The translations under genes were made by a program, and so were the position numbers. 64,000 nt of DNA from an uncultured bacterium. GTDB taxonomy: Bacteria > Verrucomicrobiota > Kiritimatiellia > RFP12 > UBA1067. Location: assembly GCA_902802945.1 (NCBI GenBank), contig CADCOC010000017.1, positions 17,599 through 81,598 on the forward strand, written 5' to 3'. Each line of letters begins with the position of its first letter. The stretch's first letter is position 1. The notes under the pieces are model-generated. The model was not told the DNA's origin. It searched no databases and saw only the letters and a program-made list of their open reading frames with translations. Positions 43,910 to 53,500 of this stretch are shown here, in pieces.

Positions 43910-44854
43910 ATGGAGCTGATTGACGGAAAGCCGGTGAATGTAGATGTTGCGAAGCGTGACTTCAAATACTACATCTTCGACTGGGACGACAACATCCTCC
44001 ACATGCCCACGCGCATCTACCTGGAAAAGCTCAGCCGCGACGGCGTGTGGCGTCCGGTATCCGTCTCCACCAGCACATTCGCGCTCGTGCGTACCGACAC
44101 GGAGCACTACCGCATGCCGCGCAACGGCGGACGCGATGCCGCGTTCCGTGACTTCCAGGACGCGCCCGATGCACGCGCGGGCGACCTAGCGTTCATCCGC
44201 GACACGAAAAGCGCCCTTGCGCGCATCGCGTCCGGCGAGCCGCCGGGGCCGTCCTTCGAGACCTTGCGCAAGACATTGCGGGAAGGGCGCATCTTCGCCA
44301 TCGTGACTGCACGCGGGCACGCCCCCTCGACGATCCGCGAGGCCGTGAACATCTTCATCGACAGTGCGCTCTCCCCCGACGAGCGAGCGGAGATGATGTC
44401 TAACCTCCGCGGCTACCGTTACTGCTTCGACAAAGTGGAGAAGTTCGGCACGGACGAGGAGGAACTCGACTACTTTCTCTCCATGTGCCGCTATCACGCC
44501 GTCACGAACCCCGATTTCAAGGAACGCCTTGCCGGAGACGACGACTTCGGCGCCCGCGTGGCTGAGGCGACTTCCGAGCAGCGACCGGAACTCGCCAAGG
44601 AATTTGCCATCCGCGACTTCGTGGAACACCTTTTCCGCACGCTTCAGCGCACGAACGCGCTTGGACATCAGGTGGCCGTGGGCTTTTCCGATGACGACGC
44701 CGGCAATGTTGCCGCAGTCTCGGACTACATCCGAAGTGAGCTGGCGCGTCGTTTTGGCGGTTTCAAGTTCGTAGTATACGATACGAGCGATCCCTCGCTC
44801 TCGAACGGGCGCAAAGTCACAGTTGCTGGCCAGCTCTCGCTTCCGGGCTTCTGA
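43910..44854 (+). CDS. Hypothetical protein with HAD-like N-terminal DxD motif
   Basis: YYIFDWDDNILHMPT resembles HAD motif I (hhhDxDx[TV]). The rest is unassigned. Confidence 0.6.
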   Translation: MELIDGKPVNVDVAKRDFKYYIFDWDDNILHMPTRIYLEKLSRDGVWRPVSVSTSTFALVRTDTEHYRMPRNGGRDAAFRDFQDAPDARAGDLAFIRDTKSALARIASGEPPGPSFETLRKTLREGRIFAIVTARGHAPSTIREAVNIFIDSALSPDERAEMMSNLRGYRYCFDKVEKFGTDEEELDYFLSMCRYHAVTNPDFKERLAGDDDFGARVAEATSEQRPELAKEFAIRDFVEHLFRTLQRTNALGHQVAVGFSDDDAGNVAAVSDYIRSELARRFGGFKFVVYDTSDPSLSNGRKVTVAGQLSLPGF

Positions 44855-44956
44855 TTTGAGACCTTTGACATTCTTCTGACATGCGGCGGACATTCTCCTG
44901 ACGCATCCGCGCCGAGGAACGGGTATACTGTTGGGCGTTGACCCAAGGAGTCCTTC

Positions 44957-45424
44957 ATGAAGAAATACCTGACACCATTCATTATTGGTGCGACGCTAGC
45001 CGTCGTTGCCGTTGACGATGGCTTCAAGCCGTACCAGACGATCCTTGAACGCATGCCGTTCGGGCGGCCGCTGGCAGAGTTCGATCCAGACGACCCAGGA
45101 ACACGCATGCCGTCGAAGTCCGCTGAAGAATCCGAAGTGCCAGCCACCAATCTGGAACAGGAGAAAATTGCAGAGTACATCCGTTCGATCGTGCACGTGT
45201 GTGCGTTGAATGTGCCGCCCAACGGCGAGCCGGTGGTAGGCTTCACAGATGCGGCGCACACGCCGCCGCGGAACCACCTCCTAGCGCGGGGACAGTCCGC
45301 AGACGGCTGGACCGTCCTTGACATAGACACGGAGTCCTGCCGTGCGGTATTGTCGCGAGAAGGCGTTTCGGTGAGCTTCGCCCTCGGCGGAGGCCGTGGC
45401 GGCGTAGCGACATCCTCGCGCTGA
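44957..45424 (+). CDS. Hypothetical membrane-anchored/secreted protein
   Basis: N-terminal hydrophobic segment KKYLTPFIIGATLAVVAV. AAGGAG ribosome-binding site. TATACT -10 at 44924-44929. Confidence 0.6.
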   Translation: MKKYLTPFIIGATLAVVAVDDGFKPYQTILERMPFGRPLAEFDPDDPGTRMPSKSAEESEVPATNLEQEKIAEYIRSIVHVCALNVPPNGEPVVGFTDAAHTPPRNHLLARGQSADGWTVLDIDTESCRAVLSREGVSVSFALGGGRGGVATSSR

Positions 45425-45501
45425 CAATGTCGCCAGCACATTTTTGTATGTCCTATGGCGGGCTGTTTTGCTAGAATATTAGCGAACAGCCAAAGAAAGG
45501 A

Positions 45502-46917
45502 ATGTTGAACAATATGAAAATGAGCAGGCGTAGTTTCATTCACGGTGCGGCGGCAGGGTCGGCGCTGGCCTTTCCATCCATAATCCCAGCGCGGGTGTTG
45601 GGCGCGAACGCGCCGAGTAACACGCTCAACGTGGCGCAGATCGGCTGCGGACGCATCGGGCGCACGATGGACGCCCCCGGATTCATGAAGGCCAACGGCG
45701 CGCGGATCGTCGCGGCGTGCGACCTTGACTCCCGCCGTCTTGCGGGAATGCAGCAGGTCGTGGCCCGCCACTACAAGACTTCCGCCGACTCCATCGTGGG
45801 CGCGCGCGACTTCCACGACCTCATCTCGCGCTCGGACATCGACATCGTCTCGATCTCCACGCCCGACCACTGGCACGCGCAGATCGCGATCGAGGCCGCG
45901 TTCGCTGGCAAGCACGTCTATATGCAGAAGCCCGCCTCCCTCACGATCCGCGAGGGGCGTCTCTTCTCCGACGCGGTCAAGGAGGCGAACCGCAAGTTCC
46001 TGCTCGGCTCGCAGCAGCGTTCGTCCGTCCAGTTCCAGAAGGCGTGCGCGTTCGTGCGCGAGGGACGTCTCGGCAAGATCATGGCCATCGAAGTGGGCCT
46101 CCCCGGCGACCCCGGCGGCGGCAACACGAAGGAGATGCCGGTGCCGCAGTGTCTCGACTACGACTTCTGGCTCGGCTCCACGCCGAAGGTCTACTACACC
46201 GAAGACCGCGTACACAGCCAGAACGCCGACCTCAAGAAGGCGGTCAACTCGCGTCCGGGCTGGCTCCGCTGCGAGCAGTTCGGCGCGGGCATGATCACGG
46301 GCTGGGGTTCGCACCACCTCGACATCGTCCACTGGGCGATGGGCTGGGAAGGCATGGGCGCGAAGTACATCGAGGGCAAGGGCAAGTTCCACACGGGCGG
46401 ACTCTGGGACGTCCATGGCGAGTACGACATCACGCTCACGTATCCCGACGGAACGCCGGTCCGCGTGTGGGACAAGTTCCCGAACGGCGTGCGGTTCATC
46501 GGCGAGAAGGGCTGGATCTTCGTGAGTCGCGGCGCGGCGAAGATGACGGCGAGCGATCCCGTCTCGCCCGGCCGGAAGCTCAAGGCGCTCGACGCGAGCG
46601 ACCCCGCGCTCATCGCCGGAAATCCGTCGGCGAGTCTTTACCCGCACATGGGCTTCGGCACGCGGCATCACCACCAGAACCTCATCGACGCCATTAAGGG
46701 CAACTACGAGAGCCTCGTGCCGGCCGAGACCGCGCACCGTTCCTGCACCGCATGCCTCCTCTCCTGGATCGGCATGAAGCTCGGGCGCAAGCTCGAATGG
46801 GACTGGAAGAAGGAGCATTTCGTGAACGACGCCGAGGCGAACGCAATGCTGGAGCGCGAGGAACGCGCCCCCTACGGCGCGAAGCGCGCGTACATGCGTC
46901 TGAGCAAGAAAGCGTAA
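45502..46917 (+). CDS. Tat-exported Gfo/Idh/MocA-family oxidoreductase
   Basis: MSRRSFIHGAAAGSALAFPS (twin-arginine), then the Rossmann motif LNVAQIGCGRIGRT and DIVSISTPDHWHA. Confidence 0.85.
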   Translation: MLNNMKMSRRSFIHGAAAGSALAFPSIIPARVLGANAPSNTLNVAQIGCGRIGRTMDAPGFMKANGARIVAACDLDSRRLAGMQQVVARHYKTSADSIVGARDFHDLISRSDIDIVSISTPDHWHAQIAIEAAFAGKHVYMQKPASLTIREGRLFSDAVKEANRKFLLGSQQRSSVQFQKACAFVREGRLGKIMAIEVGLPGDPGGGNTKEMPVPQCLDYDFWLGSTPKVYYTEDRVHSQNADLKKAVNSRPGWLRCEQFGAGMITGWGSHHLDIVHWAMGWEGMGAKYIEGKGKFHTGGLWDVHGEYDITLTYPDGTPVRVWDKFPNGVRFIGEKGWIFVSRGAAKMTASDPVSPGRKLKALDASDPALIAGNPSASLYPHMGFGTRHHHQNLIDAIKGNYESLVPAETAHRSCTACLLSWIGMKLGRKLEWDWKKEHFVNDAEANAMLEREERAPYGAKRAYMRLSKKA

Positions 46918-46962
46918 TCGCGGTAAGCGCCATGATGCACACGCGGCGCACCGTCTGCGAGA

Positions 46963-47229
46963 TTATTCGAACACGGTTTCAAGTCCAGGTGTTTCGGCCA
47001 TCGCGTCGGCACAGACGGTGCGCAGTCCTCTCGCCACTGTACCGGCGTTTCTGAATACTATCTTCCAGTTGCAGCCGTATTCGGTGAGGACGTCGTATAA
47101 GGCGTCGAGGTTGCGTCCGTAGTGCTCCGGCAGCGGCAGCGCGGCGGCGATTGCGTCATGCATCTTCGCGGCGCTTCTCACGCCTGCGAGATCTACTGTG
47201 AAAACCTTCTTTGCTGGCTTGCGCTTCAT
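46963..47229 (-). CDS. Barstar-family ribonuclease inhibitor
   Basis: MKRKPAKKVFTVDLAGVRSAAKMHDAIAAALPLPEHYGRNLDALYDVLTEY. The start overlaps the barnase stop (ATGA). Confidence 0.85.
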   Translation of the reverse strand: MKRKPAKKVFTVDLAGVRSAAKMHDAIAAALPLPEHYGRNLDALYDVLTEYGCNWKIVFRNAGTVARGLRTVCADAMAETPGLETVFE

Positions 47230-47711
47230 TTGACCTCCTTGAATGTCTTGTAATGGTCTTCGGTGTAGTAGATTCGTTTGCCCTTTGACGTGAATACGAG
47301 ACGTTTCGCGCCTCTGGGCTTGCCTTTGGTGTCGATGTCGCATTCCTTGTAGAATCCTGCGCTCAGCGCCGGCAGACATCGCTCGTAGTTCCCGAACCTG
47401 TCGCCGCCTATGGATTTACCGGGCGCGTATGGCTCCAGCGGACCGCCCTGCCAGCCAAGCGCGCGGGCCTGGCGCTTCGTTATGAAGTTCTTCGGGAGAG
47501 CGCCTGAGAACTTGCGCACATAGGCGGCCACGGCCTCCTTGCTGGTGTATTCTCCGTCCTTTACTACATCCACGACGGTAGCCGCCGCATTTGGCGCCGT
47601 GAAATGCCCGCCTGCGCCAGTTGCCGCTGGATTCGGACGCGCGCCGACGGTTGAAAGCGCGAACCCGACGGCCAACGCCGCAACGCCAAGCATTACCTTG
47701 ATTCTCTTCAT
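47226..47711 (-). CDS. Secreted barnase-family (N1/T1-type) ribonuclease
   Basis: Signal MKRIKVMLGVAALAVGFALS. ITKRQARALGWQGG...YAPGKSIGGDRFGNYERCLP...YKECDID...RLVFTSKGKRIYYTEDHYKTFKEV parallels barnase. Confidence 0.85.
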   Translation of the reverse strand: MKRIKVMLGVAALAVGFALSTVGARPNPAATGAGGHFTAPNAAATVVDVVKDGEYTSKEAVAAYVRKFSGALPKNFITKRQARALGWQGGPLEPYAPGKSIGGDRFGNYERCLPALSAGFYKECDIDTKGKPRGAKRLVFTSKGKRIYYTEDHYKTFKEVK

Positions 47712-47982
47712 CGACTCTATACTCCTTGATTTGTGCCAAAGCAAGAGTTTGTGCGACATTCTGACTCGGCAGCACGCACTTTTGCATGGGACGACTGATA
47801 TGATACCATTTCTTCTGGGGCACGTCATCACTCAAAAATAACTTGAACACTCCATCGAGTATTGTTCATAAATCTTCATTGCCAACATTGTTCACAAATC
47901 ACAAATGTCAATTGCGGAGGGTGGAGGCGACGTCAGTTTTTGTGATAGGCACTTGAATCTTTTGCCAGACGTTCGTCGGATG

Positions 47983-47991
47983 TGATATACT
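47983..47991 (+). promoter_or_regulatory. Extended -10 TGaTATACT, 6 nt upstream of ATG 47998 (possible leaderless transcript)
   Basis: tgTGaTATACTtttttcATG. No Shine-Dalgarno. Confidence 0.4.
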
Positions 47992-47997
47992 TTTTTC

Positions 47998-50565
47998 ATG
48001 CTTTACAAATATAAGACATCCTTCTGCCACATTGTATCTGCGGCGTTTGTAGTGGCGTGTCTGACGGCGTACGGTGCGGCATCGTCCCTCGATGACGCAC
48101 TCGCCCTCTGCCGCCGCACGTACGAGTACGTGTCGAAGTCCATACCCGCGAACATGGCGAAGCGTTTCGCGCATGAGATGGCGGTGGACGCGAAATGGGC
48201 CGCCACCGCGAAGACTCCTGCCGAGCGCGCGATCGTCGAGAAGGTCGTGCGCCGCCTCCGCCGGCGAATCCTCTTCGCCCATCCCGATCTCCAGTTCGAC
48301 CGTCTCCTCTGCGTGCAGCGCGACGTTCCCTACTCGCGCTTCAACCACATGATCGACCAGTACCTCGGGCGCTTCTCCCACGCGGGGCCGGGTCTCGTCG
48401 TCATCGAGAACTGGCGCACGTTCCCCGAGAAGAAGCTGCTCCTCGTCGGGAAACTGCCCACGGGCTGCGTGCTCAACCCCGATCTCCACTGGGACGCCGA
48501 CCGCGTGATTTTCGCGTTCTGCGACCACACCCGCAAGCCCGAGGCCGACGCCGAGGCGCTGAAGGTGCCGAAGGTCGATCCGTCGGAAACGCTCGACCGC
48601 GCGACCGTCCATCGCCGCTACTTCATCTACGAGTGCGCCATCGACGGCAGCTGGGTGCGTCAGCTCACCGGCGGTCCCGGCGACCCGATGGAGACGGTGG
48701 GCGGACGCCAGACCGTCCTCATCGAAGACATGGATCCCTGCTATCTTCCGGACGGCGGATTCGTCTTCACCTCCACCCGCTGCCAGACCTTCGGGCGCTG
48801 CCACTGGGGACGCTACACGCCGAGCTTCCTCCTCTACCGCGGCGAAGTGCCGCCCGTCGGCGCGTCCGCGCCGTATGACTGCCGCATCCGGCGTCTCTCG
48901 TTCGGCGAGGCGAACGAATGGGAGCCTTCGGTGCTGGACGACGGGCGCATCGCGTTCACGCGCTGGGACTACGTCAACCGCCACTCGTCTCGATTCCATT
49001 CACTCTGGACGGTGCGCCCCGACGGCACGTCCGTCGCGCACCTCTACGGCAACTGGTCGCGCAACATCACGGGTTCCGCCGAGGTGAAGGACATCCCCGG
49101 TTCGCACCGGCTCGTCGCCACCGCCACGCCGCACCACGGCATCACCGGCGGTTCGCTCTACATCCTCGACCCGCGCAAGGGGGAGGACGGGCTTGCCCCC
49201 ATCACGCGCCTCACGCCCGAAGTTCCCTTCCCCGAAAGCGAGGGGTGGAAGCAACCCGGCACGTACGCCGCTCCCATGCCCGTCAACGACACGCTGTTCT
49301 TCGCAAGCTACTGCGACGATCCGGGATGGTATCCGCATGGACATCCCCAATGGGCCGGCGGCATGGCGGCCTGGCCGGAGCCGCGTTCCAGCGCGATCTG
49401 GCTTGTCGATACGCTCGGCGGACGCGAGTTGATCTACAAGGACCCCGCCTACGGCACGTACAACCCGATTCCGATCGTGAAGCGGAAGAGGCCGCCCGTG
49501 CTCGCGTCGTCCCTGCCGCCGAACGCCGGCGACACGGGCGTCTGCTATGTGGAGGACTGCTACGACAGCCGCCACAACATTCCCAAAGGTTCGATCGCCG
49601 CCCTGCGCGTGAACCTCTTGCACGGACAGCCAGCAGCCCGCCGCCGGACGACGAACAAGAACAGCGACATCGAGCTCTATAAGGAGCCGCTCGGCACGGT
49701 GCCGGTGAACCCCGACGGATCTGCGGCGTTCCGCATCCCCGCCGGCGTGCCGCTCCAGCTCCAGGCCATCGACACGAACGGCATGGCCGTCTTGACCATG
49801 CGCAGCTTCATCTACTCGCAGAAGGGCGAAGTGCAGGGCTGCACCGGATGCCACGAGGACAAACGCTCAAGCCGTTCCGTGACGCGACACCTGGACGAGA
49901 TGAAGGTTCATGCCATCACGCCCGAGGTGAATCTGGGCTACAAGGGGTGCATCCGCTACGTGCCGTCGATCCAGCCCATCTTCGACCGCAAGTGCATCTC
50001 CTGCCATGGACTCGGCAAGGCGCCTAGCTTCATCGGCGCGGAGGGACACGACCGCCTCGTGCGCGACAAGCAGGTGGCGTTCATCCCCCGCAACGGCGGG
50101 ACGACGGTTTCGAGTCCGCGCGAATACTTCGCCGCCGCAAGCCCGCTCACGAAGCGGTTGATGTCAGGACACGGCCCCAAACTCACGCCGGACGAATGGC
50201 GCACGCTCGTCCTGTGGATGGACCTCGCCGTGCCGGAGTTCGCGCTTGGCGACTATGGCTGGAATCTTCCCGAAGCGCGTGAAATCAATCCGGACGGCGA
50301 GAAGGCGTTGCGCGCGGCAATTGCGGAGAAGGTCGGCGCGGACATCGCGGCGCAGCCGTTCGACGCGCTCGTGAATCGAGCTGACGAAACGAAGAGCCGC
50401 GTGCTGTGGCTGTGTAATGCGAAAGATCGCGACGAACTGCTCGCGCTTTGCCGAAAGTCGCTCAAGCCGCATCCTGCCCAGGATGTGCAGGGAACGTGCG
50501 GACGCGACGGCGCATGTGAATGCAACAGCTGCTGGGTGCGGCGCGGCGGATACAACATTCCTTAA
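47998..50565 (+). CDS. Secreted protein with TolB-like beta-propeller region and C-terminal CXXCH (cytochrome c-like, PSCyt-type) motifs
   Basis: Signal SAAFVVACLTAYGAASS. Propeller-like WDADRVIFAF.../DGRIAFTRWDY. GCTGCHEDK and IQPIFDRKCISCHG. Confidence 0.7.
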   Translation: MLYKYKTSFCHIVSAAFVVACLTAYGAASSLDDALALCRRTYEYVSKSIPANMAKRFAHEMAVDAKWAATAKTPAERAIVEKVVRRLRRRILFAHPDLQFDRLLCVQRDVPYSRFNHMIDQYLGRFSHAGPGLVVIENWRTFPEKKLLLVGKLPTGCVLNPDLHWDADRVIFAFCDHTRKPEADAEALKVPKVDPSETLDRATVHRRYFIYECAIDGSWVRQLTGGPGDPMETVGGRQTVLIEDMDPCYLPDGGFVFTSTRCQTFGRCHWGRYTPSFLLYRGEVPPVGASAPYDCRIRRLSFGEANEWEPSVLDDGRIAFTRWDYVNRHSSRFHSLWTVRPDGTSVAHLYGNWSRNITGSAEVKDIPGSHRLVATATPHHGITGGSLYILDPRKGEDGLAPITRLTPEVPFPESEGWKQPGTYAAPMPVNDTLFFASYCDDPGWYPHGHPQWAGGMAAWPEPRSSAIWLVDTLGGRELIYKDPAYGTYNPIPIVKRKRPPVLASSLPPNAGDTGVCYVEDCYDSRHNIPKGSIAALRVNLLHGQPAARRRTTNKNSDIELYKEPLGTVPVNPDGSAAFRIPAGVPLQLQAIDTNGMAVLTMRSFIYSQKGEVQGCTGCHEDKRSSRSVTRHLDEMKVHAITPEVNLGYKGCIRYVPSIQPIFDRKCISCHGLGKAPSFIGAEGHDRLVRDKQVAFIPRNGGTTVSSPREYFAAASPLTKRLMSGHGPKLTPDEWRTLVLWMDLAVPEFALGDYGWNLPEAREINPDGEKALRAAIAEKVGADIAAQPFDALVNRADETKSRVLWLCNAKDRDELLALCRKSLKPHPAQDVQGTCGRDGACECNSCWVRRGGYNIP

Positions 50566-50580
50566 AGGAGGTAAAGACAG

Positions 50581-53500
50581 ATGAAGCGTGGAACAAAACT
50601 GTTTTCGATGTTTGCGGCGACGATGGGTGCCGCGCTGTCCGCGTTCGGCGCGGGCGTGACCGGTGACGACGCGAAGGGCGCCGTCACGGGATGGGTGCGA
50701 CTGCGCGAGGCGCTGGGCGAAGAGATCGACGCCGAGCCGGAGTCGGTCGCGACCTACCAGGGGCAGGACGGCAGGGGCGAGTTCCACGTGGTGAACCTGA
50801 AGGGCGGCGGCTACGTCATCACCTCGGGCGACACGGAGATCACGCCGATTCTCGGCTACTCGAAGACCGGCACGTTCGATGCGGATGAGAACAGCCCAAT
50901 GTGGGCGCTCTTGACGGCGGACGTCGCGGCACGGGCCGCGGCGGTGGAGGCAAGTGCTTCGTCTGGGGCGGGGTTGCGGCTCGGCGCGACGCCTCGCCCT
51001 ACCGATGAAGACGCCTCATCCGCATGGTCGAGGCTCATGGCGGCGGGAAAGAGCGGCGGGAAGCGGCTTCAGGCGAAGCAGTCATCGCCGCCGACCGACC
51101 TGCGCGTGGAGTCGTTCGTACGGTCGAAGTGGAGCCAGTCGACGGCGACGTCCGGAAACGGCTACGGCCACAACTACTACAACTACTACGTTCCGAACAA
51201 GTACCCGTGCGGATGCGTGGCGACGGCATTTGCGCAGACGATGCGCTATTTCGAGTTCCCGAAGACATCCGTGACCCCGAAGACCTTCACCTGCAAGGTA
51301 AGCAACGTTGACACGAACTTGACGATGCAGGGCGGCACGTATGACTGGGCGCACATGCCCTACGTCCCGCGCGAGGTGACGTATGACTGGAACAACGTGA
51401 TTGGCATTGCGAAACTGACCTCGGACGCCGGCATTTCCGTCTGCATGAGCTACAAGTCAGGCGGCAGCTCGTCGAGCTCCGTTCGCGTAGGCGACAGCCT
51501 CGTGAGTACGTTCGGCTATGCCAATGCCGTTGCCGACTACGAGAGCGGCGGCGTCAGGGGCAATACGTTCAAGAAGAACGTCATCCCCAGCCTCGACGCC
51601 AAGCTTCCGGTCATTCTGGGCATTCAGGGCAGGCCGACCGGCAGCGTGACGGCGGACGCCGGACATTCCATCCTGACGGACGGCTACGGCTACTACAATA
51701 ACCAGCTCTACATCCATCTGAACATGGGCTGGAGCGGATCGGACGACGCCTGGTATACGCCTGCGGACGCCGACACGGACGCCATAATCAATGCGAGCAA
51801 CTACAACTTCACGAACATCCATACGACGGTGTTCAACATCTTCACGAACGCGACGCAGTATTCCGTCATCGCGAGCGGACGCGTACTCGACCAGAGCGGC
51901 GAGGCGATCTCCGGCGCGACCGTCACCGCGAAGTACAACAACACCACGTACGCTACCGCGACGAGCGACGCGCGCGGCGTGTATGCGCTGATCCTGCCCC
52001 CGACTTCGGCGAATAGTTCCTACCGTACCTACACGGTGAATGCGACGTGTTCGGGCTACACGAGCACCGGAGCGAGGTCGGTCTCTGCTTCTCGGACGGT
52101 AGGAGAGGAACTGATCAAGGACGGAAACAATTATACAGGTTCTTTTTACCTCACGGCGTTCAACAGCAACTCCTACGACAACGACATCACGATGGAGTCG
52201 GACAACCTGCCGCAGGCCGCGACGCCGACGAGCGCCACGGCGGCGGAGTTTGGGATGTCCGCGAGCGTGACGCTCACGTGTTCGACGGCAGGGGCGTCCA
52301 TCTACTACACGCTCGACGGATCGACGCCTACCGTCACCTCCACCCTCTACACCGGGCCGATCACACTCACGAAGACGACGACTGTGAAGGCGCTGGCGGC
52401 CAAGAGCGGATATTCGCGCAGCGACGTGTTCACGCGCACGTTCGTGAGTGCCGCCGCGATCGACGAGTACTACTTCCGCCACGACTTCTCAAACGGCACG
52501 AGGGTGTTTACGGCGGGCGAGGGATCCGGCTTGACGCGAGACCAGACCTCGAGTACCGATTCCAGCGCCAAGGCGGTTGAAGGGCCGGACGGCCCCGGAA
52601 CGGCGCACCACCCCGGAAACGTGTGGGGACAGTTCGAGGATCCGACCGTCCTGCACGGCGCATGGTCTGCCGCCATGTCGCTCTGCATGGACGCCACGGA
52701 GACCGGCATACTCGTCAGCTTCGGACGCCTCAACAAGGCTGACCAGAAGGAAGTCGCGCTCCTCTCGTCCTCCACGAAGTCGAACTTCTACTTCAAGGTG
52801 ATGACGACCGATTCCAACAAGGCGAAGAGCGTGGAGAACACGTTCACGGTCGTGACCACAAACGACTTGACAGTGGGCTTCCACTCGTTCGTCGTCGCCT
52901 ACAAGCCCGCGTCGGAAGTACTCAACGGCGCCGGCTCGTTCGACATCTACTGCGACGGCGTCCTCGTCCTCTCCGTCTCGACCGACACGCCGAAGCTGCT
53001 AGGCGCTGACGTGGGCGGCATGCAGTACTGCTCGTTCATGAGCGGCGGGAGCGATCTCACCGCGCTCGGGGCCGTCTCCTCGCAGGCGAACGACGCGGTG
53101 GCGTTCTACGACTTCCGCTTCTACGACCGCGCGTTCACGGCGTCCGAGGCGGCGAAGTACGCGGCCGCCTATCCGCGTACAGTGCCCGGACTTGAAGACA
53201 TCTACCTCCGTTACGACTTCTCGGATGGAACCAGGCAGTTCATCGGTAGCGCAAATCAGGCGTCCGATCCGATAACCGCCGATGCGGGCGCGGCCAATTT
53301 CGTGGCGGCATACGGCCAGGACGGCTCAAACGCGGCGGTCCACGTCAAAAGCAATGCGTATGGCACGGATAAAATTGGAGGTTCGTCAGCCGCCGGCAAG
53401 GCTGTGCTGGCGGGTGACTGGACGCTTGCGATGTCGGTCAGGCCGGGATCGGTGGAGAAAGGGCTGCTCTTCAGTCTCGGCCGGGCAAATGACAACAACA

